From: an uncultured bacterium
GTDB taxonomy: Bacteria > Hydrothermota > UBA3072 > B12-G15
Assembly (NCBI GenBank): GCA_965612735.1
Contig: CBFDSV010000003.1
Coordinates: 6,113 to 70,112, forward strand
Direction of reading: 5' to 3'
DNA length: 64,000 bases
Part shown: piece by piece, positions 29,213-39,705 of the stretch
Numbering within the stretch: position 1 is the stretch's first letter
Layout of the letters: each line of letters starts with the position of its first letter
Program-made: the position numbers and the translations under genes
The notes under the pieces: generated by a model
Database searches by the model: none
What the model saw: the letters and a program-made list of their open reading frames with translations, nothing else
Told to the model about the DNA's origin: nothing

Positions 29213-30557
29213 GTATCAGGTAAAAAATCCCTCAAGATACATAATATTGGTTTATCTTACAATGATTGTACTTGGAATGATTCTCTTATCTTTGCCCATT
29301 TCCTCAAATGGAATAAGTTCCATTGATGCACTGTTCACTTCAACATCCGCCTTCTGTGTAACAGGTCTGATTGTGAAGGATACTGCGGTTGATTTCACGC
29401 TCTTTGGAAAGATAGTTATTCTTATACTTATACAGATTGGTGGACTGGGATACATGGCTTTTTCCAACCTTCTCCTGATTATGTTCAGGAGGATACCAAA
29501 CCTGAGGCAGAGAATGGTGGCAAAGGAGGAGTATGGTCTTCTTTCCATGGAGGATATTGCCCAATTTTTGAAGTGGATTGTGGTAACAACAATTGTTTTT
29601 GAGGTTTCTGGTATGATTGTGCTATTCTCAGGGTTTTCACAGTTTCTTCCCTTCAAGGAGGCGTTGAATCAGTCTGTGTTCCATTCTGTGAGTGCATTTT
29701 GCAATGCAGGTTTCAGTACTTTTTCAACCAACCTGACAGGGTTTTACAGGTATCCTCTGGTGAGCATAACTGTTGCAGTCCTCGTTATTCTGGGCGGGAT
29801 TGGTTTTATTGTTTTGAGGGACATTGGTATGAGGCTTTCAGGTAGAAAGAGGTTCCTGGATGTGCATACAAGGATTGTACTTCTCACCACTGGCATTCTT
29901 ATCCTTGTTTATACGGGGCTTATTATGTTGACCGAAAGCGGTAACACACTCAAGGGGCTTTCCAGGGGCCATGCCTTCCTTGCTGGATTCTTCACAGCAA
30001 TAACACCAAGAACAGCAGGATTTAACCTTGTTAATACTGGTTCGCTACTTCCCATAACACTGCTTCTTGTGGTACTTGGAATGTACATAGGTGCATCACC
30101 TGGAGGCACAGGTGGAGGGGTTAAGACAACAACCTTTGTGGTTCTCCTTATGTGGTTGAAGAATAGATTGAAAGGTCGTCTCTACACGAATGTCTTTAAG
30201 AGAAGGATTTCAGAACCCACCCTGAACAAGGCATTCCTCCTTCTCTTCCTGTCTGCTCTGTTTATCTTCACAATGACTACCCTGTTGACATACACAGAGA
30301 AAAAGGTGTATAATGAGAGAGGCTTCCTGCCTCTACTTTTTGAAGAGGTTTCTGCCTTTGGGACAGTAGGGTTGTCCATGGGTTCAGGCCAGAGAAGTGA
30401 GGTGAGTCTTGCAGGTGACTTTACTGTTGCAGGGAAACTGATACTGATAGTGACCATGATATTTGGAAGGGCAGGACCACTGGTTATAGCCGCTTCTCTA
30501 TTCAGGCCAAGGGAAGAGGTGATAAAGTATCCTGCCGCAAAAATACTCATAGGATAG
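29202..30557 (+). CDS. trkH: TrkH/KtrB-family potassium uptake membrane subunit
   Basis: Repeated pore-loop architecture with GGLGY- and SAFCNAGFS-type motifs. Confidence 0.8.
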   Translation: MPSKYQVKNPSRYIILVYLTMIVLGMILLSLPISSNGISSIDALFTSTSAFCVTGLIVKDTAVDFTLFGKIVILILIQIGGLGYMAFSNLLLIMFRRIPNLRQRMVAKEEYGLLSMEDIAQFLKWIVVTTIVFEVSGMIVLFSGFSQFLPFKEALNQSVFHSVSAFCNAGFSTFSTNLTGFYRYPLVSITVAVLVILGGIGFIVLRDIGMRLSGRKRFLDVHTRIVLLTTGILILVYTGLIMLTESGNTLKGLSRGHAFLAGFFTAITPRTAGFNLVNTGSLLPITLLLVVLGMYIGASPGGTGGGVKTTTFVVLLMWLKNRLKGRLYTNVFKRRISEPTLNKAFLLLFLSALFIFTMTTLLTYTEKKVYNERGFLPLLFEEVSAFGTVGLSMGSGQRSEVSLAGDFTVAGKLILIVTMIFGRAGPLVIAASLFRPREEVIKYPAAKILIG

Positions 30558-30564
30558 GTGAAGA

Positions 30565-31257
30565 ATGAAGGATGTTGTTGTAATTGGGCTTGGAGCCTTT
30601 GGTTCAACTGTAGCACTTGAACTTGCAAAGAGGGGTTGCAATGTGTTGGTGATTGACAGGGATGAGGAGCAGGTTGAGGCACTCTCCCAGTATGTTGTGA
30701 ACGCCGTTACTGCGGATGCTACAGACCCAAGGGCACTTAAAGAAGCAGGGGTTGAAAACTTCAAGATAGCGGTTGTGAGTGTTGGTGAGGATATTGCATC
30801 AAGCATACTTATCACAATGAACCTTAAGGAACTTGGTGTTGATTATGTTGTTACAAAGGCCACAACAGAACTTCAGGGAAGGATATTGAGGAAGATTGGT
30901 GCGGATAAGGTTATCTTCCCTGAGAGGGATATTGCATTGAGAACTGCTGAGAGCATAGCAAACCCCTCAATCTTTGACTATATTGAACTTTCACCCTCCT
31001 ATGGTATAATTGAGATTGTGGCACCACCGCAGGTGATTGGAAAAACATTGAGAGAGAGCCAGATCAGGTCAAAGTATGGGTTGAATCTGATTGCAATTAA
31101 GAGGGAGGTGCCCATTATTGATGAGGGTGGTAAGACTGTTTTAAGCGAAGAGATAATTGTCTCTCCTGCTGGTGATGAGAAACTTATTGAGGGAGATGTG
31201 CTTGTTTTGATAGGTAAATACGATGATCTGGAGAGATTTAAGAAACTCAGGAGGTGA
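30565..31257 (+). CDS. trkA: TrkA/KtrA RCK-domain regulatory subunit
   Basis: VIGLGAFGSTVALEL Rossmann motif and an RCK C-domain. Confidence 0.8.
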   Translation: MKDVVVIGLGAFGSTVALELAKRGCNVLVIDRDEEQVEALSQYVVNAVTADATDPRALKEAGVENFKIAVVSVGEDIASSILITMNLKELGVDYVVTKATTELQGRILRKIGADKVIFPERDIALRTAESIANPSIFDYIELSPSYGIIEIVAPPQVIGKTLRESQIRSKYGLNLIAIKREVPIIDEGGKTVLSEEIIVSPAGDEKLIEGDVLVLIGKYDDLERFKKLRR

Positions 31258-31267
31258 TAGAGGAATA

Positions 31268-31543
31268 ATGAAGAAAGAAATAGACCCTGGAATCCTTGAT
31301 GACCTGAAGGAGGTGGGAAGGTTTTACCTTCTCCATCAGAGGTTTAAGGAGGCGATTGAGTCATTGAAGAAGGCGGATGAATCCAGTGATGTCCCTGACC
31401 CCGAGATTTATTATCTTCTTGGAATGGCCTATGAGAGTATAAGAAATTATGAGGAGGCAAGGAACTACTACGAGAAGGCCCTTCAGTATGACAAAGATTT
31501 TGCACTTGCTAAGGAAAGGCTTGAAAAGATTGTGGGTAAATAA
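31268..31543 (+). CDS. Small TPR-repeat protein
   Basis: YYLLGMAYESIRNYEEARNYYEKALQYD is a TPR motif. RBS GGAGG precedes the ATG at 31268. Confidence 0.55.
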   Translation: MKKEIDPGILDDLKEVGRFYLLHQRFKEAIESLKKADESSDVPDPEIYYLLGMAYESIRNYEEARNYYEKALQYDKDFALAKERLEKIVGK

Positions 31544-34500
31544 TGAAGATAAAAAGCTGTCCCCTCCCATTAGTGGGACTTGATAATGATGGTAAAATTG
31601 TTGAACACAATGAAATTCTTTCAAATATCCTTGGTTCAGACATAAAGGGAGCATATCTCAAGGATTTTATCCATCCATCTTCATTGAAAACATATGAAAA
31701 TTTGAGGAAAGGAGAAATTTCAAGGGGAATAGTTGTTGTCTATACTGTTGATGGGGAAAGGGACTTCAGGCTTTACCGAATTGAAGAGGAGGGAAGGACT
31801 GCCTTTGTTTTAGTTGACATCTCAACAGAGATAAAACTTACCTCACTCCTTGAGAAACAGAGGGATTATTTCACTGATTTTCTGAACTCACTGGATTACG
31901 GTGTTCTTATTGTTGATAACCGTATTAAACCCATAGGAAGAAACAAACTTTTCAATAGGATGCTTAAATATGGGGATATGGATGAGGAGGGGTTTATTGA
32001 TAAGTACAAGGAAGACCTTGTGCTTGTTAAGGATTCAAGAAAAGGAAAATCATTCTTTGTAAGATTCAAAGGGAATATGATAAAGATTCAATTAATACCA
32101 TTCATTCACAGAGGGGTTATTATACTACTCTCTGATGCAAACCAGTTGATAAGGGTGCAACTCGCTGACAACCTTTTCAGAATAGTTGTATCCCAGCCTT
32201 TCAAAAAGGCAGTTAAAATGATGGTTAAGGAGATAGTGAATACCCTCCAGATAGATTCAATATCCATAACAGTAACCTTCCCCCAGTTTGAATTTGCCGC
32301 TGGTAAAGGTGAACTTGTTTTTGAAAAGTTTGAAACAGACAGGTATTCAGTTATAATAGGTCTGCCCGGATATCTTGATGATGCACTTCTTCAGGGCGTT
32401 TTTGAGGATATAAGACTATCCCTTGGTGCACTTTTGAACTCAACCATCCTTGAATCAGAAAGAAACTTCTTCCACAGGGTGTTCACCCTTTCTGAAAGGC
32501 TTTTAACAGCAGAAAGTATTGAAGAGTTTGGGAAGAGACTTAAAACCGGGCTTGAGAGTATAACGGGTCACAGGGTAGGAATTGTTTTAACAGAAGATAC
32601 GAATAAGGTGAAACTGGGAAAAAGATTGATTGGCTTTGAGAGTTTAAAGTTCAATATTTCTGATTGTGAACTTAATGTCTGGTTAAACTGGGAAGGATTA
32701 ATAACATTTGAAAGAAGGCTGTTGCTTACATTCCTTGAGATTCACTTTTCAAGGTTCGTGCATAATATGAAGGTTCAGAACCTCTACAGGAGGTTTGCAA
32801 GTCTTTATGAAATGACAAACCTTCTCTTTAATAATGAATTCAAGAAGGTTTATAAAAAGGTTCTCAATCTTGCCACAGGTATAGGTGGAGACTATGTCTC
32901 TTTGATAAAATTGAGGGGTGATGGTTCAGGTTACTTTGTTTATTCAACAGGTTATTCAGACAAAGAGATTGAAGAGATAAACAGACAGCTCAAAGAGATA
33001 TACACACCCTTCAACAAATATGCATACAGGTTTTTCAATGAAACAATGAGGAAGGGTATGGTATATAAAAGGGTGAAGAAGGGGACAAACATTGCAAGAT
33101 TTGTTGTGCATAAGGACATAAAACACCTTTACATGTTTGCGATTGGAAGGGGTTCTCCAGAGCCCTACATTTTTACAGTGGGGTTTAAGTCGGAAAAGAA
33201 GCCTTCACAGGAACAGTTGATAATGTTCTCTGACCTCGCACATCAAATTTCCTTTGTTGGGTTCAGGGATGTTTACAAGAATATGAACAGAGGAGTATCA
33301 GTAATACTCAAGACCCTTTCCTCGGTTGATGAGTGGGTGAAGGATGAGGAGGAATTTAGAAAGAACATGATGGGTATTGCAAAGAAATTGGGTGAAATGA
33401 TTTCAGCAAAACAGGGTTATTTCTTTAAGGTTGAAAACAGTTATCTTAGACGTGTATTTTTGACAGAAAAAAGGTATGATGATGTTCCTGAAAGGATAAA
33501 ACTCTCATCTGTACCCACTGTAAAAAGGGCTTTGAAAAGGATGGAAACCCTTGTACTGAAAAAAGCATCTGGTGACCATCCACTTGTTGATGAGACAGAT
33601 TTCAGGCCGTTGATGGTGTTTATTCCTTTAGATATTCCTCTTCTTGGTAAATATGTCCTTGTTTACAAGAAGACGGGCTCAATACCTTTCACAGAGGATT
33701 TGATTAAACTCCTTTCATTGATTGGAATTCTGATAAACACACTGTCCGGGAAATATGCTTCCTTAAGAAAGATACATGAACTCCTTAGGTTTCTAAAAAT
33801 GTATCCAGAGAAATCTTCTTTGAAGAAGAAGGGCAGATTCTTTTACATCAAGAAGATGTCAAGGATAAAGAGCAAGAAGGTTCTTTCTGAGTTGAAACAA
33901 CATAACTGGGTACGCTCAGGAGATACAATATATTTCAAGATTGAACGCAGTAAGGATGATAATGACATTATGGTTCTGAAGGGCTTAAAAGATGAGGAAA
34001 TTAACTGTTTCAGGGAAATTTTAACCCTGTTTGTTAATTCCATATATGAGAAGAGCAGGATTGAGGAATTCAACAGCAAGTTTATCTCCCTTTCCAAATC
34101 ACTGAAATCAGTTTCAAGGATGTCACATACAGAGGCAAAGGAAGAGATTCTGAAGGAGATAGTTTCAGCACTGGACCTTGCTTATGCAGGGCTCTTTATC
34201 CGTGAAAATGACTATCTAAAACTTGATTCATTTTATGCCATGGCACCCCAGTCTGTGAAGGACCTCAGGATTCCATTGAAGAAGGATGCAGTTACAACAA
34301 AGGCATTTAATTCTGATAGGCCAATCCTTGTTCAGGATGTTGAAAGGTGTGATTTTTACTTTGAGGGTATAGTGGGTATAAAGAGTGAACTTGCCATACC
34401 AATAACTTTTGGGGATGAAAAACTTGGGGTTCTTGACCTTGGCAGGGAAACAAAGGAGGGCTTTTCAAACCTTGATATACTCTTTGCTGAGGATGTGAGC

Positions 34501-35550
34501 CATCTTTTGAGCGTGTGGCTCTGGATTTTATTAACAGGAGAAAAGATAATAAAGGAGGAAAGATTAACCTCCCTTATTATGGATAATATAACCACAGGTC
34601 TTATAATAACAGACAGGAGTGGATTGGTGCTCAAATCGAACAGATTTATTGAGGAATGGCTTGGAGAGAACCCTGAAGGAAGGAATATTGTTGAATATTT
34701 TAACCAGGAAACAATGAAGGAGCCACTTGAGGGGAGGTATGTTGACAGGGTTGTTTTCAACTTCAGGGATATGGTATTCGGGTACAGTGGCGCTCCCATG
34801 TATGATGAAAGCGGGAGGATAATAGGTGGGCTCTACATTATCAGAGATCTGACAGAAATCAGGGAAATGGAGGAGAGAATTAAGAGGCAGGAGAGACTTG
34901 CTGCACTTGGTGAGATGTCGGCAGGGATGGCACACGAGATTAAGAATCCTCTGGCAGCAGTAAAGGCAGGTATAGAGTATCTTATGCGTGGTGTTATAGA
35001 AGAGGAAAAGATTGAAAGTTTTAATCTTATAATGAAGGAGATCGACAGGGTTGACAGGATAGTTAAGGGCATGCTTGCATATGCAAGGAGACCCCCATTG
35101 AGGATGAAGGAATTTGACATATGTGAGTGTGTTGAAAAGGTTCTTGCCATCTATGGAATAAACAGCAGGGAGAAGAATATCAGGGTTGAAGTTCATTGTG
35201 TTGGTAATATAATAATGTATGGAGATGAAGACCAGATTACAGAGGTTATAACCAATCTATTCCTGAACGCAGTTGAGGCGACGCCTGAGGGTGGTAAAAT
35301 CTGGATAGAGATTGAAGAAAAGGATGAGCAAGTGGTAATTAGAGTATCAGATAATGGTCCTGGTATTTCAGAAGAGGTGAAGGAAAAAATATTTAATCCG
35401 TTCTTTACCACCAGGAGCCAGGGAACAGGACTTGGTCTTTCAATCACACACAGGATAGTCACCGACCATGGTGGTATGATAAGGGTTGAGAATAACAGAG
35501 AAGGTGGTGCAACATTCATAGTAATACTACCCAGGAGGAAAAATGGATGA
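31543..35550 (+). CDS. Very large sensor histidine kinase (~900-aa N-terminal sensory region, GAF, PAS, HisKA, HATPase_c)
   Basis: H-box GEMSAGMAHEIKNPL. N/G boxes LFLNAVEAT...DNGPGI...GTGLGLSI. An upstream GAF-like domain (LGVLDLGRE). Confidence 0.8.
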   Translation: MKIKSCPLPLVGLDNDGKIVEHNEILSNILGSDIKGAYLKDFIHPSSLKTYENLRKGEISRGIVVVYTVDGERDFRLYRIEEEGRTAFVLVDISTEIKLTSLLEKQRDYFTDFLNSLDYGVLIVDNRIKPIGRNKLFNRMLKYGDMDEEGFIDKYKEDLVLVKDSRKGKSFFVRFKGNMIKIQLIPFIHRGVIILLSDANQLIRVQLADNLFRIVVSQPFKKAVKMMVKEIVNTLQIDSISITVTFPQFEFAAGKGELVFEKFETDRYSVIIGLPGYLDDALLQGVFEDIRLSLGALLNSTILESERNFFHRVFTLSERLLTAESIEEFGKRLKTGLESITGHRVGIVLTEDTNKVKLGKRLIGFESLKFNISDCELNVWLNWEGLITFERRLLLTFLEIHFSRFVHNMKVQNLYRRFASLYEMTNLLFNNEFKKVYKKVLNLATGIGGDYVSLIKLRGDGSGYFVYSTGYSDKEIEEINRQLKEIYTPFNKYAYRFFNETMRKGMVYKRVKKGTNIARFVVHKDIKHLYMFAIGRGSPEPYIFTVGFKSEKKPSQEQLIMFSDLAHQISFVGFRDVYKNMNRGVSVILKTLSSVDEWVKDEEEFRKNMMGIAKKLGEMISAKQGYFFKVENSYLRRVFLTEKRYDDVPERIKLSSVPTVKRALKRMETLVLKKASGDHPLVDETDFRPLMVFIPLDIPLLGKYVLVYKKTGSIPFTEDLIKLLSLIGILINTLSGKYASLRKIHELLRFLKMYPEKSSLKKKGRFFYIKKMSRIKSKKVLSELKQHNWVRSGDTIYFKIERSKDDNDIMVLKGLKDEEINCFREILTLFVNSIYEKSRIEEFNSKFISLSKSLKSVSRMSHTEAKEEILKEIVSALDLAYAGLFIRENDYLKLDSFYAMAPQSVKDLRIPLKKDAVTTKAFNSDRPILVQDVERCDFYFEGIVGIKSELAIPITFGDEKLGVLDLGRETKEGFSNLDILFAEDVSHLLSVWLWILLTGEKIIKEERLTSLIMDNITTGLIITDRSGLVLKSNRFIEEWLGENPEGRNIVEYFNQETMKEPLEGRYVDRVVFNFRDMVFGYSGAPMYDESGRIIGGLYIIRDLTEIREMEERIKRQERLAALGEMSAGMAHEIKNPLAAVKAGIEYLMRGVIEEEKIESFNLIMKEIDRVDRIVKGMLAYARRPPLRMKEFDICECVEKVLAIYGINSREKNIRVEVHCVGNIIMYGDEDQITEVITNLFLNAVEATPEGGKIWIEIEEKDEQVVIRVSDNGPGISEEVKEKIFNPFFTTRSQGTGLGLSITHRIVTDHGGMIRVENNREGGATFIVILPRRKNG

Positions 35551-36970
35551 GGATAAAATCCTGATAATTGATGATGAGGAGGCTCTTGCCCAGTTTATTG
35601 AGAAGATACTCTCTGGTCTTGGAAGTTCTGAGAATCCTGTAACTATACAGGTTGCAAACACTGGTCAGGATGGTATCAACCTTGCAAGGGACATGCAACC
35701 TGATGTTGTTCTACTTGATATCAAACTTCCTGATATATCAGGGATTGATGTTCTCTCACAACTGAAGCAGATGGACTCTGATGTTCAGGTTATCATGATG
35801 ACAGGGTTTGCATCCCTTGAAACAGCAGTTGCCGCTGTGAGAGAGGGTGCATACGATTACATTAGCAAGCCTTTTGATTCCTCAGAGCAGTTGAAGACAA
35901 TAGTAAAGAATGCACTTGAGAGAAGGCACCTGATAATGGAAAAGAGAAGACTGATGACCGAACTCACTGAGGTGAATGAGGCACTTGAGGAGGCCAACAG
36001 GATACTTGAGGAGAAGAAAGCACTGGTTGACAAACAACTTGAGGAGAAGATTCAGGAACTTCAGCGTTTGAATGAGTTTTCAAGAAGACTCTCATCAGAG
36101 ATTGACCTGTCAAAACTCATAGGGATTATCTTTGAGGAAACAAAAAACACAACAGATGCAGATGCCTGTGCACTCCTGCTTATGGACAGGAAACAGAAGA
36201 CGCTTGTTGTGAGAAAAACGGACAGTGCATTTCCACTTGAGGTTGGGGGTGTTGTGGCGATAGGTTCAAAGCCCTTTGGTGAGTTGGATAATAAGGGTGC
36301 ATGGACCTTTGACGAAACCATATGTGCCCCCATAAGGTTTGGGAATGAGGACCTTGGTGTGGTTTGTGTGAAGAAGGAAGGGGTGCAGTCTTTGAGAGAC
36401 CTTTTTGAAACCATTGCATCCTATGTTTCAGTTTCCCTGCACAATGCAATGCTCTTTGAAAGTTTAAAGTCCAGTTACATTGAGGCTGTTCTCTCCCTTA
36501 TGCTTATAGAGGAGACAAAAGACCCTGGCATAAGGGAACATTCACTCCGTGTTTCTGAAATAGCCACAAGGATTGGTGGTGAACTTAAACTGGACGAAAG
36601 TGATTTGAACGATGTAAGATATGCTGCGCTCCTTCATGATATAGGAAAGGTGATCAATGAGAAGGAGAGTTTCATAACAGGTGAAAAGATTCTTGCCCCT
36701 ATTAAGTTTCTCAAGACAGCAAGCAGGTATGTTAGATATATGTCTGAACATTATGATGGTTCAGGAAAACCTGAAGGGCTTAAGGGGAGTGAAATACCCA
36801 TAGGTTCAAGGATTATTGCAGTTGCCAACAGGTTTGATGAGCTGCTCCAGGAAGGCAAGGATGAAGTAGCTGCCTTCAAGGAGATTGAATCTGGTGCAGA
36901 AAAGGAATTTGACCCAGAGATTGTTGAGGCATTGAGGAAAACACTGAGGAAAAAGGGATTAAGTGTTTAA
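35543..36970 (+). CDS. Response regulator with REC, GAF and HD-GYP (c-di-GMP phosphodiesterase-type) domains
   Basis: REC domain (ILIIDDEE...DVVLLDIKLPDISGIDVL). HD-GYP hallmarks (ALLHDIGKV; HYDGSGKPEG). Confidence 0.75.
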   Translation: MDEDKILIIDDEEALAQFIEKILSGLGSSENPVTIQVANTGQDGINLARDMQPDVVLLDIKLPDISGIDVLSQLKQMDSDVQVIMMTGFASLETAVAAVREGAYDYISKPFDSSEQLKTIVKNALERRHLIMEKRRLMTELTEVNEALEEANRILEEKKALVDKQLEEKIQELQRLNEFSRRLSSEIDLSKLIGIIFEETKNTTDADACALLLMDRKQKTLVVRKTDSAFPLEVGGVVAIGSKPFGELDNKGAWTFDETICAPIRFGNEDLGVVCVKKEGVQSLRDLFETIASYVSVSLHNAMLFESLKSSYIEAVLSLMLIEETKDPGIREHSLRVSEIATRIGGELKLDESDLNDVRYAALLHDIGKVINEKESFITGEKILAPIKFLKTASRYVRYMSEHYDGSGKPEGLKGSEIPIGSRIIAVANRFDELLQEGKDEVAAFKEIESGAEKEFDPEIVEALRKTLRKKGLSV

Positions 36971-36979
36971 CAAAGGAGG

Positions 36980-37741
36980 ATGGTTATGGTGTTTTTACTG
37001 CTTTCACTTACCTTATCTGGTTTTGATACACCAGAAAGCATGATTTCTGATGGAGAATTTATCTATGTCTCCTGTATAAATGGTTCTCCGACAAAGAAGG
37101 ATGAGAACGGGTATATTGCAAAACTCAAGATGGATGGAACGATTGTAAAAAAGGATTTTATCACAGGGCTTGATGCACCAAAGGGAATGTGGATAGTGGA
37201 TAGTTTCCTCCTTGTTACTGATATTGACAGGGTGAGAATAATAAATCTAAAAAAGGGAGACCTGATAAAAACAATAGATGTTGATGGTGCGCAGTTTCTC
37301 AACGACATAACAGGTGGAGATGGGAAGATATTCGTTAGTGATACAAAGGGCAATGTTGTATATCAGTTTGATTACACCCCACCATCTGGATTGAAACTTG
37401 AGACAAAGATAATTGTAACAGGTGGACCAAATGGCCTTTATTACAGATCACCGCATCTATATATCGTTACATGGAATAGCGGGAAGGTGATGTTTTACTG
37501 CACAAGGGGTAAGGAGTTTCATCCCCTGACAGATGGCTATAAACAACTTGATGGTGTATGGCTTGAGGGGAATGATATTATTTTCTCCTCCTGGGATGGT
37601 AATATTTACTCATTATCAGGGGATAAAAAGACGGTTCTCTTTAAGAGCCTTGTTTCTCCTGCTGACATTTCCCTTGTGAACCATGTTATCCTTATCCCTG
37701 AATTTATGGAGGACAGAATAAGGATAGAGAAACTGGAGTAA
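36980..37741 (+). CDS. Hypothetical secreted beta-propeller-like protein
   Basis: Signal peptide plus repeated beta-strand blades. No enzymatic motif recognised. Confidence 0.45.
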   Translation: MVMVFLLLSLTLSGFDTPESMISDGEFIYVSCINGSPTKKDENGYIAKLKMDGTIVKKDFITGLDAPKGMWIVDSFLLVTDIDRVRIINLKKGDLIKTIDVDGAQFLNDITGGDGKIFVSDTKGNVVYQFDYTPPSGLKLETKIIVTGGPNGLYYRSPHLYIVTWNSGKVMFYCTRGKEFHPLTDGYKQLDGVWLEGNDIIFSSWDGNIYSLSGDKKTVLFKSLVSPADISLVNHVILIPEFMEDRIRIEKLE

Positions 37742-37743
37742 GG

Positions 37744-39093
37744 TTAGATATTCAGTATTATTTTAGCAATTGAAAAATAGATAAAGAGTCCTGTCCAGTC
37801 AACAAGGGTGGAAAGGAGTGGGCTGGAGACCACTGCAGGGTCTAATTTCATTGTGGAGATTACAATGGGTAGAAGTGCACCTATTATGTTTGCCCAGATA
37901 ACAACAAAAAATATGGCAAGACCTATGACCAGCGAGACTTCAATCCCATAACCACCAAGATAACTTCTGAAGAAGAGGAATACACCAAGTGTAGAACCAA
38001 GAAGCATTCCAACAAGGATTTCCTTCCCAACAATCCTGACCCAGTCCCTCAGGGTAATATCACCAGTGGCAAGTGCCCTTATTATGAGGGTTGATGATTG
38101 GGTCCCTGTATTACCACCGGAACCATTAATAACAGGTATAAAGATTGCAAGAACTATTATGGACTGGAGTATATAAGAGAAATGCTGAATCACTGCAGAT
38201 GACAGGAAACTTGCAATGAGAAGTGCAACCAGCCATATCACCCTCTTCCTGTAAAGGATACCTGGGCCTGCACGAGAGTAATCAATCTGTAATGGTTCAA
38301 CTGAGGCTATCTTCTGGATGTCTTCGGTTGCCTCCTCTTCAACAACGTCCATTATGTCGTCAAAGGTAACAATACCAATAAGTTTACCTTCAGAATCAAC
38401 CACAGGAAGGGCGATTCTGTCGTATAGTTGCATTACCCTTGCTGCCTCTTCCTGGTCCTGATATGCAGAAAGCGCGTGGATGTGGGTATCCATAATGTTT
38501 TCAATCCTCTCCTCAGGGGAGGCAAGAACCAGGTCAGAGAGTTTCACCTCACCAATGAGTTTTCCTTCCCTGTCAACAACATACAGTATATCAATGGTTT
38601 CGGCCTGTGTCCCATAGTTTCTAACATGTTCAATTGCCCTTTCAGATGTCCAGTGAGATTTCACTTTCACATAATCAGGAGTCATCAACCTTCCAACACT
38701 GTCTTCTGGATACCCAAGGAGGCTCAAAGCCTCTTTCCTCTCCTCAGGTGGAAGCATATTTAGTAACTTACTTGTAATCTCTGCAGGGAGTTCTTCAAAC
38801 AGAGCAGTTCTGTCATCAGGGTCAAGTTCCTCAAGTATGTTTCTTATTGATTCCCCCTTCAGCCCCAGAAGAAGGTCTTCCTGTGCATCAGGGTCAAGGT
38901 AAGAGAAAACCTCTGCTGCCATTTTTTTGGGAAGAAGTCGGAATAGGATGGGCTGATCTTCCTCAGGTAACATCATCAGGAGTTCTGCAATGTCTGGTGC
39001 TTCCCAGTCAGAGATTGTCATTTTAAGGCTGGAGAAGTCTTTTGTTCTTATGAGTTCCTGTATCTCAGGTCCCAACAATTTATTAAGGCTCAT
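37744..39093 (-). CDS. mgtE: Magnesium transporter MgtE
   Basis: N-domain ([14 protein letters not shown]), tandem CBS ([23 protein letters not shown]) and a C-terminal TM domain. Preferred start is MSLNKLL at 39093, not the extended M at 39264. Confidence 0.85.
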   Translation of the reverse strand: MSLNKLLGPEIQELIRTKDFSSLKMTISDWEAPDIAELLMMLPEEDQPILFRLLPKKMAAEVFSYLDPDAQEDLLLGLKGESIRNILEELDPDDRTALFEELPAEITSKLLNMLPPEERKEALSLLGYPEDSVGRLMTPDYVKVKSHWTSERAIEHVRNYGTQAETIDILYVVDREGKLIGEVKLSDLVLASPEERIENIMDTHIHALSAYQDQEEAARVMQLYDRIALPVVDSEGKLIGIVTFDDIMDVVEEEATEDIQKIASVEPLQIDYSRAGPGILYRKRVIWLVALLIASFLSSAVIQHFSYILQSIIVLAIFIPVINGSGGNTGTQSSTLIIRALATGDITLRDWVRIVGKEILVGMLLGSTLGVFLFFRSYLGGYGIEVSLVIGLAIFFVVIWANIIGALLPIVISTMKLDPAVVSSPLLSTLVDWTGLFIYFSIAKIILNI

Positions 39094-39208
39094 GAACAAA
39101 TCCTTTCTTTTCTTTGAATTTAAGCCACATACCTGATAAGTCAATACAGAATTCCTTTTTCCTTGACTTTTTGTTGGCCTGGTGTAATATAAAACCCTGA
39201 AAAAGGAG

Positions 39209-39664
39209 GTGATGATGAGAAAGTTTTTTGTAATCATTCTTTTATTGAGTTTGCCAGTCTTCATGGGGCAGGCACGTTTTGGTCTTGTTCTTGGTGACCC
39301 TACCGGGATTGATTTCTACCTTCCTCAGGGTCAAAAAGCAGCAATTGATATTCAGGCAGGTTTCAGTTATTACTGGATTGGATACTGGAGACTCTCTGCT
39401 GGATATACCATGGATGTGGCTGAATTTGATCTGGGAAGTGATCTTCCAAAGATTACTGCTTATGGTAGGGGAGCACTTGCAGGGGAACTGGGGATTTTCT
39501 CTTATTATGAGAGGATAAAGGCTGGTGTTGAAGCAAGGATTGGATTTAAGTTTATCTACAATAATAAGTATGAAATCTTTATGGAGAGTGGGCCATGCAT
39601 CTGGCTCATTACAAGCCCCTATTTTGATTGGGGTGGTGTATTAGGGATAAGATTGTATAAGTAG
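39209..39664 (+). CDS. Small outer-membrane beta-barrel protein (paralog of 23339-23797)
   Basis: Signal peptide and a beta-strand pattern similar to the other OMP. Confidence 0.5.
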   Translation: MMMRKFFVIILLLSLPVFMGQARFGLVLGDPTGIDFYLPQGQKAAIDIQAGFSYYWIGYWRLSAGYTMDVAEFDLGSDLPKITAYGRGALAGELGIFSYYERIKAGVEARIGFKFIYNNKYEIFMESGPCIWLITSPYFDWGGVLGIRLYK

Positions 39665-39675
39665 GCTGTTATTTT

Positions 39676-39705
39676 AGAGAGGTGGGATTTTTACTCCACC
39701 TCTCT
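39676..39705 (+). terminator. Hairpin terminator between convergent genes (AGAGAGGTGG...CCACCTCTCT)
   Basis: 10-bp perfect stem followed by a U-rich stretch on the + transcript. Confidence 0.55.

Noticed and set aside
39094-39264. Possible Mg2+ (M-box) riboswitch in front of mgtE
   Set aside because: Only ~115 nt separate mgtE from the divergent OMP gene, too short for an M-box (~160 nt) plus two promoters. I saw no conserved M-box helices.
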